This document shows, in pieces, positions 39,415-53,226 of a stretch of 64,000 bases of DNA. The stretch is from contig NC_134025.1 of assembly GCF_964204645.1 (NCBI RefSeq), forward strand, positions 24,470,299 through 24,534,298, given 5' to 3'. Position numbers and translations under genes: made by a program. The stretch's first letter is position 1. Every line of letters begins with the position of its first letter. A model generated the notes under the pieces. That model was not told the DNA's origin and made no database searches. It saw only the letters and a list, made by a program, of their open reading frames with translations. This DNA comes from Tubulanus polymorphus. Lineage: Eukaryota; Animalia; Nemertea.

Positions 39415-40791
39415 ATGCCGCGATCTTTGATGGTCAAGCGACAAAATAACATTGTTGCCGTGTCACACCGACCTAAGTACAATTCAGACGACGAGAGAAG
39501 CAACGACAGTGGATCCGATGTCGATATTAATTTGAATACGAACTTTGGCTCACCGGATTCGGGTTATTCTGGTCAGGCGAGAAGTCCGATTTCGTTTGCT
39601 CACAAAGATATCGAATGTGGTAACTACAACGACCGGGATTCCGTGTGCTCGACGCCGAGTTCGACCGTTTCTAATTTGAACGTCGCGCCACATTTGCCTA
39701 TTTTTCAATCGCCGCTGTATTTCCCTGCATTTGACCGTCTCAGTATTTCTTCACCTTACGGCATTTCTCTACACGAACAGAAAGCGAACTTATCGCCATC
39801 GAGTCCGAGCAAAAAACGTTGTATCGATGCCGAGAAGTCGACGAAGTCACCGAGGAAACCGAAAGCGGCTAGAAAACTCAACTTCGACGAGAACAAATCG
39901 TCGCCGGTTTCTGGGACAATAATCAAAGACTTTGTCGATGAAGTCGATGGCATACGCCACGTGAGCGGGGATATCGACAGCAGTTTGAACTTCGTCGAAG
40001 TGACACCCGAAGCAAAAGCGGAACTCGAAAAAATTGAAAACAAAATCGGAGATTATATTTGTCAGCTGTGTAAAGAACGTTATGAAGATGCCTTCCAGTT
40101 AGCCCAGCATCGCTGTTCGCGAATTGTTCACGTAGAATATCGTTGTCCAGAATGCGACAAAGTTTTCAACTGTCCAGCGAACTTGGCTTCACATCGTCGC
40201 TGGCACAAACCGCGTCCGAATCAGGCCTCCAAAAACACTGCCACTCCATCGGCGCCATCGCCGCCTTCACGAATCATATCACTCAACCCGAATTTAGGAC
40301 TTTCGGTCGGAGGTACTGGTACTATGGTACCGGTGGAGAGCGACCTGGAGTCGGATGGGTCAATTTCACCTGGATCTCATGCAACGACTGAAGAAGGCCT
40401 CTTCGATTGTCAGATGTGCGGGAAAAAATTCAGACGACAGGCGTACCTTAGAAAGCACATGGCTTCTCATCTACAAGAAGACCGTCCATACCCTTGCCAA
40501 CTCTGCGGCAAGATATTCCGTTCTGAAGGAAGCCGATCCAAGCACATGCTTCAACATTCCACTTCATCAAACATCAGGGACTTTACGTGTACAATTTGCG
40601 GCCAAGGGCTGCCAAACAAAGGTTCCTTGGAGAAACACGTTCGCATGCACTCAAATGAGGTATTCCCATGTAAGTATTGTTCTAGTACATTTTACAGTTC
40701 GCCAGGTTTAACTAGGCATATTAATAAGTGTCATCCTTCAGAAAACAGACAAGTTATTCTTTTACAAATGCCTGTAAATCGTCCATGCTGA
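39415..40791 (+). CDS. INSM1: Insulinoma-associated (INSM1/2, nerfin, EGL-46 family) SNAG-zinc-finger transcription factor, intronless, 458 aa
   Basis: True start is ATG 39415 (SNAG motif MPRSLMVKR), not the upstream TTG. Motifs: RKLNFDENKSSPVSG; YICQLCKERYEDAFQLAQHRCSRIVHVEYRCPECDKVFNCPANLASHRRWHKPR; CGKKFRRQAYLRKH; FPCKYCSSTFYSSPGLTRHINKCHPSENRQVILLQ. Probably a pro-ortholog of INSM1 and INSM2. Confidence 0.97.
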   Translation: MPRSLMVKRQNNIVAVSHRPKYNSDDERSNDSGSDVDINLNTNFGSPDSGYSGQARSPISFAHKDIECGNYNDRDSVCSTPSSTVSNLNVAPHLPIFQSPLYFPAFDRLSISSPYGISLHEQKANLSPSSPSKKRCIDAEKSTKSPRKPKAARKLNFDENKSSPVSGTIIKDFVDEVDGIRHVSGDIDSSLNFVEVTPEAKAELEKIENKIGDYICQLCKERYEDAFQLAQHRCSRIVHVEYRCPECDKVFNCPANLASHRRWHKPRPNQASKNTATPSAPSPPSRIISLNPNLGLSVGGTGTMVPVESDLESDGSISPGSHATTEEGLFDCQMCGKKFRRQAYLRKHMASHLQEDRPYPCQLCGKIFRSEGSRSKHMLQHSTSSNIRDFTCTICGQGLPNKGSLEKHVRMHSNEVFPCKYCSSTFYSSPGLTRHINKCHPSENRQVILLQMPVNRPC

Positions 40792-43700
40792 GCGAAATTG
40801 GTGACGATCTTACCCTTATAGATTAATTAGATGATGATTAAACGTGAGATATGGGTTTGTTTGCTCGTTTCCAATGTTCATCGGTGACTGTCACGGGTGA
40901 AATCAGTTGGCCAAAAATGTACTTCGCGTATTGAAATGCAATTGTTTTTACGAATTGACACTTGCACGCGAATGTGCAGCCGTGATGACTCATGCGCATT
41001 GTGATGATCTTGAGCGCACGCGTCTGGTCCCCAAACAAAGCCGAGGATCCCAACGATCTGGGTCAATCGCGGATGAGTAATGCCATCACTGCCGAGACGC
41101 GAGTAATGGTATTTTACACCGGCGTGACAATGGATTTCAATCCCGTGAGACCCGAGAACAAAGGAATTGATGAACATTTCGCTCATTGAGAAAGACTTGC
41201 AGCAGCAAATTCCAATGTTGTTTCCGCCGATTTCCGCGGGCAATTTTACTTCGCACCAATGAAAATGCGTTCGGGGGAAATTACACGATCATCGACCAAT
41301 CTGAGATAATCTCGTTAAGAATTTGGTTCAAACAAATTTCGCTATGCGTCTAGACAACGATTTTTCGCTCTTTCTTTTCTTGATTGAAATCGGCTAAAGA
41401 GGCAAAGAAGCTTTTAAAAAGTTACCTTCTATATACGTTATCATTACAGTAAAAAATCAACATTCTAAAGATTGACCTTCCGTCCGAATGCAATTTTCTC
41501 ATAAACAATGAGTAATTAGTGTTTGGTGAATTATCGCGTTAAGAGTAATCAAGATCTTATAATGCTTTAAAGGAAGCAATCAAACAATATTGTTTTTATG
41601 AAATGCCATAACACTCTTCATCTAATTAATGAGATATCTTATATTTTCAAAATAATCTATACCAATGATATATATTTCGAGTTTATATATATATACTTTC
41701 TTTCCATACAAAATGTTTAGCATAGAACTGCGAGTTGTCAGTGCCTTCTTTGGCTAAAGATCCAAAACGATGTATATATACAGATATATATTTATACACA
41801 GTCATGTTACTTAGGCTAGTCATATAGTATCATCTTTGCTTCTGACGAAAATATTGAGCGTGTAATGTTTTTGCGTTCGAAATAACATGGCTTGGTTCTT
41901 ATTAAACCGAGAAAACGCTAATTTGTTTTAAAAAAGCTACGTTTCACTAGCCCGAATAATGGAACTAAATGCCTCGCCTTCATCATGATTAAAAAGCTCA
42001 AGTACTAAACGTGCAATCTAAAAATCTATTTTACAGATCATATCTTATACAACGGATTATTTGACTTATTTGATTTCCTAAATTTATTTTTATCCATATC
42101 TATATTTTTACGAAATGCTTTTGTCCTTCTTGCAAGTGTATTCGTGTCCAGTTATTCAATCAGTTTCCTAAGAAATACGCTTAGACATATTACACAACGC
42201 CATGAGATAATTAAATGAACTGTAATTATACTGTTGTACATACACGTGCCATCTTTCCTGGTTGAAGAAAATACGATGTTTACAAACTGAATCTGCTGTT
42301 CTGCTATCAAAACATTCCTGTTTCTAACTGAAAATCCGTCTGCTATATATGTATAAATACATTCGACTTTCTATATTTTCTATGTTTCGTATACCTAATT
42401 AATAATCAAATGTGAATTTAATATGTCTAACGATACAACTATGTGCAGGCTGAACTATTCCTATTTTGGATGTTTGTATTTGTTTGTCATGAAATGTAAT
42501 GAAATGACAATGATGACCTCACTTTCTAATTGCCTGCTTTGCTCGATGGTGGGGTGGTGCTGCTTTCACGATGTTGACCATAAAATAAGTGAATAATTTT
42601 ATTTCATATTACGCTGATGTGCCTACGATCAAAAACTATTTTTGTTGCAATTCTGGCTACTACCTCAAGTGTTCAATACTGCCAATAAGAGCTTAAAACG
42701 AGAGTAGCTATAATTTCTATTCTTCCTAGGGCAATCGATACAAACCCCACTCATCCATCGAGCGATCATACAGAAAGTGAAAATACGTCGAATGTTGTTG
42801 TTACGTTATTACTGCCTGTCTCTTGCTCAATATGATATTTGCTTGCGTGTCCACCTTAGAAAATTGTTGTTACGCAATACTTTGATTTTTTGATTCATCA
42901 CTCGCTGCCTGGTGATGACTTGAGTAAAATAAAACAATGCCTTTGATAAGTACCGCGTAGGGTATAGATGACACCCCTGTTTCGCCCCTGTTATTTGAAG
43001 GGATTATCAGTAATTCCAACGATATATTTCATACAGAGAATATCCCCTAAAAGAGTACGAACTTGTGTACTTGTGGTGTAATCAATGTAGCATCTTTTGA
43101 TTGTTTTTAATGTATTGCGTAGTGTGATTGATGCTAGTAATTGTCGATATTTGATCGTATTTCATTAATAACATTAAATTGAAAATTGGCACAGAAACGA
43201 GTGTAACCCGAAGAATTGATAGGATTTTCACATATAAATGTTATAATAGTACCATCATGCCAAGACGTATGTAACAAATTACTAGTTAAGTTGGAAATTG
43301 AACTTCACAACGTTCCTCGGAAATAGATTCTGTAAATCGCCTAGAAAACGAATGTATAATTTTCTTCAATACAGACAAATAATTTTTTGATGATTATGTA
43401 GGCTTGGTTATGTAAAACTATTTATGAGCCATCAACGTACACAAACATTCCTGATGTACTAGATCTATATATATATATATATTTCTGTAAAGATGCTGAT
43501 AAAAATGTGTTGAAATATGATATTACTTTATTTGACGAATAAACGACGAATACATAAAAAGCATCTTACGAATTTCTTTGTTTAGTTTTGTAAGCGTGTG
43601 ATAGCTTTTCTTTGTTGCTACGGTGTCGTCTGGTTGGTCAGCTGCTGTCTGAGGAACTGTCTCTTTATTGTCAATATGATTACTCCAAGGATACGCGTAA

Positions 43701-46700
43701 CCGTGCACTTTTTTCAAAATACTTATCGACGAAGCAGTTGATACAAGGGACTAGATATGAAATACTGGAATAGAAATGATATATTAGATATCATTCCAAC
43801 GAATGTTTCTCTGCTGCCGCCCTCAGACTATCTCGTGTGTCGCTTACAATTTGATCAAATCACAGTCATATCACGGAATACGTGATCGAAGTAATGCGGT
43901 ATAACTGATGTGTTGTAATCATACGAAAAAAATGGAGCGTTTTTCATATTTCCATGATAATTTCCAACCGATTTACTGAATATGATGAAGGTGTTCGCCT
44001 CCAATCCGTCACAACAAACCATAACTCTTGATATATCCATCTCAAACCAAAATTTGTCAAATTCATCGAAATCAATAAAGCACTGGAGCACAATTTACAA
44101 TGTTATAGCCCCGAGGGCCAAAAGAATCATTATGATATGATATGTCAGTCATTGTCCAAGGTTTAGTTTATTTCTGAAATAAATATTTAGACCATTTATC
44201 TCTTTGTTTTATGTTATGGACCATATAAGTTTGTGTTTTTGCTTGGTTTGTTAAACTATGGGACAACCGTAAACATGCACACCACGCGCATTACAAAGCA
44301 GTTTCTTGCAGGACTACGGCATCTGTCCCCGCGGTGGTTGTCGAAAATTAATAGCATTCGTCATGAATATTTGGTATACGGTTATTCTTGGGGCCTCGTG
44401 TTCTTTTGTTCCGTGCAGCTCGAGATGCGGACTTTGTGCGCGCACGTGCCACACGTTGACAATGGACGCGCACGCACCCATAACGAGCCGATGCATGGCA
44501 TCGCGTGCCTACGCTATTGTGTCGGATTCTTCAATAGACGAATTGACTTTTTTGCTTTGCATATGAAAAGAGACGATCATTTGCCGAGAGCAAAGGAATT
44601 ATCAAACTTCATATAGCCGCATACAGGCATCTCTTTGTCTAGTCCAAGGGTTCATAATGAATTCAGATGCATGTTCGCGGAGATCGCCATTTCTAAATGA
44701 ATTTGATGGCGACTTTAATTTTGTAAGATAAAAAAGGGCTTTATTCGGACTTTAAGTGGTCATTTTCAACGTCGCATTAAAAAGACATTACGCAATTTTC
44801 GTGCAGATGAATATAGAACGTATTCCGTATTATTCATGTCTACATCAATGCGCTAAAATATAGCTAAATGAATACACGATCTATATTATGAAGTATACTA
44901 GAAATACTTCTCGCGTTGCACCTGCTTGTTCTAAGAACATGATGAGAATGCTACCCATATCCTTTGTCGCTGCAAATGATGCAAATAGTTCCGCACTTGG
45001 AACTCGAGTACCATCCGAAATAGCAGGTGTTCGGGCATTTTCAACGTGTAAATAATTTTTCTATAGAACAATTCAAACAAACGTACTGTTCTAAATTTTT
45101 TCATTCTTCATCTAGATCGACCTGTCATTTGGCATTCCCACCAAAACAATGCGCGCAATGGACGATTCTTTACTACGGCGGCCAGAACAAATTCGCCATT
45201 TTCCTAGTTCTGGCGTTTGGCGTTCTTATCAGCAACTTAGCATTTATAGCCCAAATTAGTCATAAAAGTAAAGGCCAATATCCTCTTACTTAAACTTAAA
45301 AAAAGATAACGGTACCACATCCGTGATATGAAGTATCACGAAATACTGTAGTACCTCATGCTAGAGGTCGGTGTTGTGGTGGCAGCTGGTCGGACGGGTT
45401 AAACGAGACCCACCGCTGGATGCTACGGTTTCAAGAGTCACATTTCATCGGGTGTATATGGATTATGACGAAAATAAAACTGTATTTCACGACGAACAGA
45501 CAGTCATTTCAATGAAGCCAGCAGTGGAATTGGTGAAACAGTATACACTTTCATCAGAGCTAATCAATGCAATGGTCTCAAATTCGTTTTTTCAAATAGC
45601 AACACGTGTCGCGTATAATATTAATGTTTTATAAACTATTCGAATTTTTATAACTATGGATTCTAATACGAGATACATATAACAAACTGGTTTGGAATGT
45701 TAGTGGGATGTTGTCGTTTTTCGTTGTTCTTTTCGTTTTCATTAGTTAAACGATTGAAGACAGAAGAGGTCTCCATCACCAGAAATAAGGCGTTAATAGC
45801 GCAGACGTCGGTGTTCGATTTGACGCTGAATGGTACCCGCGATCAATTTCAATTCAATTGTACATTTATTCGGATATATTACACACAGTGCATTCGATTA
45901 CAGCGGTCTTTTGACAATGACTTTGTTATCAAAGCCATGAATATATCTTATAAAACGTCTTATTGTGATAGAAAAATTGCTTCATAAATCTCTTTGCAAA
46001 TTTTATGAATGATAATTTGATAGATTTCTACAACTCATTTTTTTTCGTTTACGAAGGGATATTAGGATGGAGTGTAATAAGATATGTATATATATGTATA
46101 TATATATATACATATATATACATATCTTGATGTTGGTCGACTAAGCAACGTGATATTGAGGACACGCAGAATACTCGTTCACAATAAACTTTCTTATGGG
46201 ACCGTAATGTTCTCATCAGCTGTTGCCTTGAGAATCACGGACATATTAAATGCAACACATCACGGAAGCCTAGCATTCTGTTGAGGAATTTATTGCAAAT
46301 TTACTGTACTAGTGAGAGTAGTTGACATTAAAACTATGCGTAACAGCTGTCTTTAGCGTGCAAAGATTCCTGATGTTACTTCCTGATAGCAAAAATGAAA
46401 AATGCATAAAGAGGCGCCAAGCACGAATAGGCATTTATGTTCATCTATTGTATTTTAGTTACTAATCTGCTTTAGTTCGTCGGATTAAGCACAAATCGTC
46501 CGCAAGGCAATGATATTTGGGAGCTGGAAAAGTAAAATAGCTGGAATATGGCTTTCGCTAAAGAATTTAAGAATGCCAACACGAATCTTTGTACATCCAC
46601 TCGAAGCAGAATTTATATTCATATGTCTCATGGTGTGAAATCTGGTCTCTCATAGGCGATGGGCCTAAAACTGGACGGTGAAAATATTCTTTGAAACCTA

Positions 46701-49700
46701 ATTGGTCGTCAGATGGCGGCATTGTTTCTACGCATCATCGCGTGACAGTAATGAAATCATGCCCGATGATCGCATGGATTATTGTCAGGGACTGAATCGT
46801 GATCGATACGGGCATCGTTTTGCGCGCACTGCAGAGGCTCCACGTTCAACAGATCGTGAATCGGAGTATTTTAATTTCTGATTACTCCAAGAACAGATCT
46901 CTTCCAGCAATCCATACTAACGTTTGGTTAAGGAGAGTCCATGGTTACAGTACAATTAATCATAACAAATAATTCATAGCATAAGGAGAAACCGATTTGT
47001 AATCAATTCAACGAAAACCTATCAACCAACGCCGACGCGATCGGTTAAGATTTCACACCTTTCTCCGAGATTTCAAGACGACTGTTTTTTTCCTTCATTC
47101 TTTGTATCAAAAATCATCACGAATTGTAAGAGAACCTTTTTTTTAATTAATAACGCCTACGCGAGTTGTATAGTGAGTTATGACCATGGCGATAGGATTT
47201 ATGACAAATATTTAGTGAAAAACCCAGTTGCTCAATGGAATTCATCTTTAAGGTTATGTCTTCCACTGATCAAAAGTTTAAAAGAAATGCTTTGTCGCCA
47301 GGCGTAAATGGGAGATTATAAGGTTGCAAATAAGTATAGAATATGAGGCTTCTATTGTGGAGATGAGAATAATCTGGATTGTCAGCCGCATTTCACTGCG
47401 GAATGATTATTATAGAACATTTGATGGTAAGTTTGGCATCCGCCAAAACAATTAATATTCCTGGCGGACACAACTTCGCCGCGGGCTTGGCCTTTCGTCT
47501 AATCTGCAACCTGGCGCAGAAAAAAAGAGATTTACGAAACAGATTAGATGTTTGACAATAATTACGCGAGGAATAAATGCACAATACAGGTGAAGCCAAT
47601 ACCGTAGATCATAAATATCGTGCATGCCTTTGATCTCATAGTGATGTTTTACGTTCGTTCTCATCAACGAGGCTTTGCGAAAAGGCTCGCGCGGATTTAC
47701 ATTTGATGAAGAAACAAAAAGAAGTCTTTGTAGACATTCTGTCGCATAACTGGGGGCTTAAGCCGGCTGAAGTATTAACCAAATCCCATGGAAAAGCAAC
47801 AGAATCATTCTACGCCACATCAGAGCATGAATTCCCAAGTATTTTAATTCCTATTGATCGAAGAAAAAGATCACAATTGCTCGGAATATAGTAGAAAGAT
47901 AAAAGCGTTTGAGACGTATACTCGGGGCCAAGCAAGTCACTTACACGCTAGCGGCAAAACAGGTTGAAAGATGTGCGAAACGTGTTTACAGGGCAAGATT
48001 ATGAATACAAAAACGAAACGAGTTTGTGCTCTTATCCCGGAGTCATAACGCATTCGTGGCAAGTTCATTTCGAGATTTTTCATTTCCTTAAACAAAGGAA
48101 TCCTGAATATTATGATTTATCATGTATCTATGTATGACGTTATTCCCCTGAATGATAGCATTACAATAGATTTTTAATCATCGTAGCCTCGAAGAGAATT
48201 AATAATTCTTCTCGAAAGCTAAGTCATTATCGCAATTTTCCAGCTTGGTAAAACGGTATCTTGTCTCAATCGTGTCGGCGCCGTACTGTCGCCCTCTTTG
48301 TCTTCCACTTACTCATGTAACCATTGTTCTGTCATTTTCATGCCGAAAGACGCGTGAGTCAAAAAAGTCAATTTGTTTTCGTTACGGAAATACTACCAAG
48401 AATCGCCACTTCGCGTCTGTCGCTTCTCGCGCTGGGGTCTTCAGTAATTGTTTCATAACCAGACGGTGACGCGAGCGCTCTGCCGGTGTCAACGTGCAGA
48501 GTAATAATGATCGTCTGACTGATCCGATTTTCACGGTATGGACACGATGTGAAATATCAAGAAGCCTAGAAAAAAGCTTAATATTCTATATTAGTCGAAT
48601 AAACAACGATCTTTCATTAACATCAGTCAAGCAAAAGTACTAAAACATATTCGTTACTCGTTTGGGAGGTACATACGGGATTTACAGTGCATTCTCACCC
48701 TTAAACCATCGACTTCGTTGTAGAGTCGATGATTGGACGAATGATCGAGTGAATGGTCTAACACCAGTTTCAAAGCTTGTTATTTTTCAAATAAGGGTGA
48801 GAAAATAAAAAGTTCCTTTTTATCTTATTATGTGGGCTCTATAAAAAAAGTATGATCAGCCCGAATGTCACGAGATCGGTTGTCTCTTTCGACCAGCGCA
48901 TGCAAAAACTGTAGAGGTTGTTTTGTGACTAATTTGAGATGGTCGCGAGAGCTGAGAAAAAGGAGGAGGATTCCTGCACGTGTTGACTCATTGCCACTCT
49001 CTATTCATATGCAAATTCTGGACAACCCGAGAAGTTCGTTTGTCATTATTTTAAACGTCATAATTCCATACAAGACACAGTGAACGGATGCTGCAGATGA
49101 AGATATTAAGTACGGTAAGCGCACAATCCAAATCCTTTCGCCGCAAATACGCATTTTGGAAAGTTAAATGTGTTTTAGAAATACCCGATGCGTCTGTACC
49201 GTTTTACATAAAAATATCCTGTTAATCGGTTTACGCAAGCGTCAATTTATGGTAAATAAATTCTTCTTGGCGCCTAGAATGTTGGCATTTAATCGCTTTT
49301 GCGCATTGAAATCTTAATTAAATGCCAGGCTGCTCCTTTAAAACGTGACAGGTATTTGATTGTTGTTACGATCTTTAAAAAACTATAATCTTTGCGCATC
49401 GCACCTCATTAACCAAGAACCATAAAAATGCAAATTCGTTTAAACGTACAGGCGATAAACAAAACCCGCACAAAACGAATTCATTATAAATTTCTGACGA
49501 TGAATGAGTTTCTTATTTTTAAAACTTCACCGACAGGTGGCGCTTAGCAATATATAAATTCTTCAGACAAACAGAAAGGCGTTCTTAAAAAAAAGCGGAA
49601 AAGTATGCCGCATGTTAAACTTCCGTTGAAACGGGCAACGAGAAACGGCCGCGGTGGGAAACCCTGCTAAAAAGCGGCACATTATCTCGTAACGAAAATA

Positions 49701-50087
49701 CGGCCCGCTGACAACCTCAAAGACGGCGTGCTCGGCTCCGGATAATAAAACTCTCAGGTTTCACGCCGCAGAAAATGCCATTAAATATTGCTGAAAAGAG
49801 CAAACAGCAGAAAGAAATCACAAATTATTAAGAAAATGCCTCTGGTGCCACCGAAGTCACATTACGGTAGAGGAGTCGACTTCACTTCTTAAAAGGGAGA
49901 CCCGCTGTTCCATATCCGCAAAACAAGAACAAAACAACGTCGACATTGATTATCGAACACGACCAATCTACGCGATACCGGCAGCGAAGCGAATACGACA
50001 ATTTTCACATCCAAAATATCGCATTTCTTCAACATCATATTCCGCTGACTGTTTATCGTGATCTGAACAATCTGATTTAAACGGCAG

Positions 50088-50225
50088 GGCCCAGTTGCAC
50101 AGTCGTGACTTAAGTCTAAAGGTGGTCTTAAATCTTAAGACTGGTCTTAAGTTGTTAGATTGGCTATAGAACTAAGTTGGTCTTAGACTGGTCTTAAGTC
50201 TAAGCCACGACTATGCAACTGCCCC
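50088..50225. mobile_element. Palindromic MITE (GGCCCAGTTGCA...TGCAACTGCCCC) with CWG flanks
   Basis: Long imperfect TIRs; CAG on the left and CTG on the right; same family as 17654-17967. Confidence 0.8.
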
Positions 50226-52825
50226 CTGGGATTTATATTCAGGGTTCACTCCCACCTCCCTGAGACGTAAGTCCATACACGGATCAAAATGGGCTTCAGC
50301 CTGCTCATAATCTGTAGACGATTTCATAATTTCTTCGTGGGTCAAATTTTGAAATTACGAACGACAAAGTGAATGCTGATTCTGAACGATATCATACGTC
50401 ATTCTTTGCGACCGTTGGTCATAGCATGGATGAGCTATAAACTACTAGTTTATACGTCCATGGTCATAGTCAGTTGGGTGATTCCGTAAAACTTGATCAC
50501 AAAATGGAAAAGCAAGTACTTCAATCGTATTTCGTGGCCTGATAGAAAACAATTTTTGTAGTATTAGAACGAAAATTCTTAGAAAGTGATATTTTTCCGA
50601 AACCTTTTTCAACCGTTTTTCTATCCGCGAACTCTGGTAACAATGGCCAGACTGTAATAAGCTAATGCACGAGGATGAAGATCTCGCCTTTAATATGAAC
50701 CGGGAGAATCGGCGAAAAACCAAATAATTCTCTTTGATCTGTGGAATACCGGCGCGGTTTTGATATGGCGGATGCCCTCCAAAGGAATTATGAATTTCCG
50801 GTGCGTAGATTCAGCATTTCAAAGCAGCTTCGGTCGGCCGAATCTCGCGGGTAAATGATTAAAGTCTTCGGATGTTAAGAGAACATCCTGTCGGTGCACG
50901 GGGATAGAGTCGCGTCTAACGACAGCAGATGCGCGTCAGGTTGATCGATTTGATGCAACGGAAGCGGGATGTTTTTCGGACCAAAATGCCAAAATTTTAA
51001 TGATCATCAGCGCGGTTCATGTTGTTTCCTGGATAGTAATTAGTGCGCTGCATCATACGTATCTATTCAGATCGTGTATTTAGATATCATAGAGCTTTTT
51101 TGAAGAATTACTCGCTCAAGATCTGTTATAAACGACTAAAAAGATGTAACGTATTTCCCAAAACGACATATATTTTAACTTAAGCCCTCGATTTTGGCGA
51201 GGCAAATCTATCGACGAATAAACACGTATAAATGATTTTTCGGAATCAACAAACAACACTAAGTGATGTCTGGCCATTATGCCGGTTTTGGCTGCTTTCT
51301 TCAATCTCAATAATTTCATGTAATAATCTTATAAAACATTTTCTATCGATGAATAATGATTATCAACATTATCATTATTAGAAAATGATTACGAAATTTT
51401 CGATGAAGCGTCAAGATTTTCAAAGAGTAACTCTAGATTTTTAAGTTTCTTTGATTAAGTCAATTTAACAAGAAATGTCATCTTTCGTCATGTTTGATAT
51501 TTTGATATGTGTCCGTGGAGCGCTTTTTTTCTTCGTGAAGTCATTCGGTAATTAAATTCATTTGCAAAACAGACGTATAGCCTGACTTCCTGGCCGTTTG
51601 AACCGTTGAAATTTAAGTTGGCTTCGTTTAAAGAAAAAAATGATAATGAATTTCTTTTACATTGTTTTAGAAAGTTTAGTTCATTTAAACTGCTCGTATG
51701 ATCTCATTAATATTTCCGGAATATTCTAAATGTCTCAAGAATTACTTATTCAACCGTTTTCAGATTTCAAATATATAATAGCGTTACTCCAGTTGAAAAC
51801 GAACACTCGAAAATTGCTCCCAAACTAAGATAGAAAGGATTTTTGAAGGTACGGTTTTCGGAATATTCTTTCTCGGGGGAACAAAGAAATTCGAGTGGAA
51901 CAACGGTCGTTTGAAACCGATACTGAAAACGCTTGATTAGGTGCCGACAATAAAGCCACCACGTGCAGACGACACAGGAAGCGGACATTCCCTTTTGGCG
52001 ACATCAAACACGTTGTAGTTTGTGCGCTTCAGATCAGGAGATTATCGCGTGCAATTAGTCTTATTAAAGATGGAGATTGTAATTATTTTAGCCCGAAGAC
52101 GCGCAAACGGCAAGCAACAGACAACAAGAGCTATCCTGACATAACGACATTCGATATGCCGACAGTAACGAGGCATTTTGGCCGAGTGTAATTTCAAAGT
52201 ATACGGTTATGTTCTGGATATCGTCATTTTGATCTTAAAATAGGAATTGTCCTTCTTATCTATTTGATTGATAGATTTAATTTGATTTGGTGTCCTTTAC
52301 CAGCCCATTACACCTGCCGGGAGCGCTGGATATCATTTGAACTTTAGTGAATGATAATCTGAATAATACGTATATTTCTTCTATCCCTAAAACGGAGCTA
52401 CACCGAATTCGTAATTTCATAATTAGGGGTGTCCGTGTTTTTTTTTTACAACCGAGAATTAGACACTTGGATGAAATCCTTGTACAAATGGGAATTGAAC
52501 ACCTGAGATTCGTGTTACTGGGGAGATACCATCGTGATAGACCCAATATGCCAAGAAAACTCGTCAGATAAGAAAACATCAACCATTAATTAAGATCATC
52601 TTTACAGAATATATTTATTGTTTTTTCTTTCTCAAATTCATCAGTGCCATATACAAGATATGTTCGTATACATAAATGGACGCAAAAGGGTTAATTCTCC
52701 ATGAATCACACGCGAATAGTGTTGGTTTTTCTCAAATATTTTTTTACAAGGGGGATGATAGTGGTGAAAATACGGACACATGCAAAAACACGCAATGATT
52801 CGATATCGGTTAGGAGTTTACAGTT

Positions 52826-52861
<36 letters not shown>

Positions 52862-53136
52862 CTTCAATCCGAAATGCTATTTTAAAAAAGAAGTAGGTGT
52901 AAGCTTTTTATGAAGGGAATGTCACAAGTCAATCAACTAGTACTACTTCGGTGTACAAACGATTCACGTGATATTAATTGACAGCATTTACAACAACACA
53001 CAATAACGTCTAAATCCATTTACATATTTATACTTAGATCAATCATTCAATTAAAATGCATTCGTTTATCTAAAATTATTCACAGTAACAATAAAATCAG
53101 CAGCCCCCCAAAATGTTTTTTTTCTCCTTTTCTCAT

Positions 53137-53162
53137 TTCGTTATATTTGTGGCAACGAGTTC

Positions 53163-53200
<38 letters not shown>

Positions 53201-53226
53201 GAACTCGTTGCCACAAATATAACGAA
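53137..53226. repeat. Perfect 26-bp inverted repeat around a (TA)n core
   Basis: TTCGTTATATTTGTGGCAACGAGTTC (53137-53162) and its exact reverse complement (53201-53226). Confidence 0.95.
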
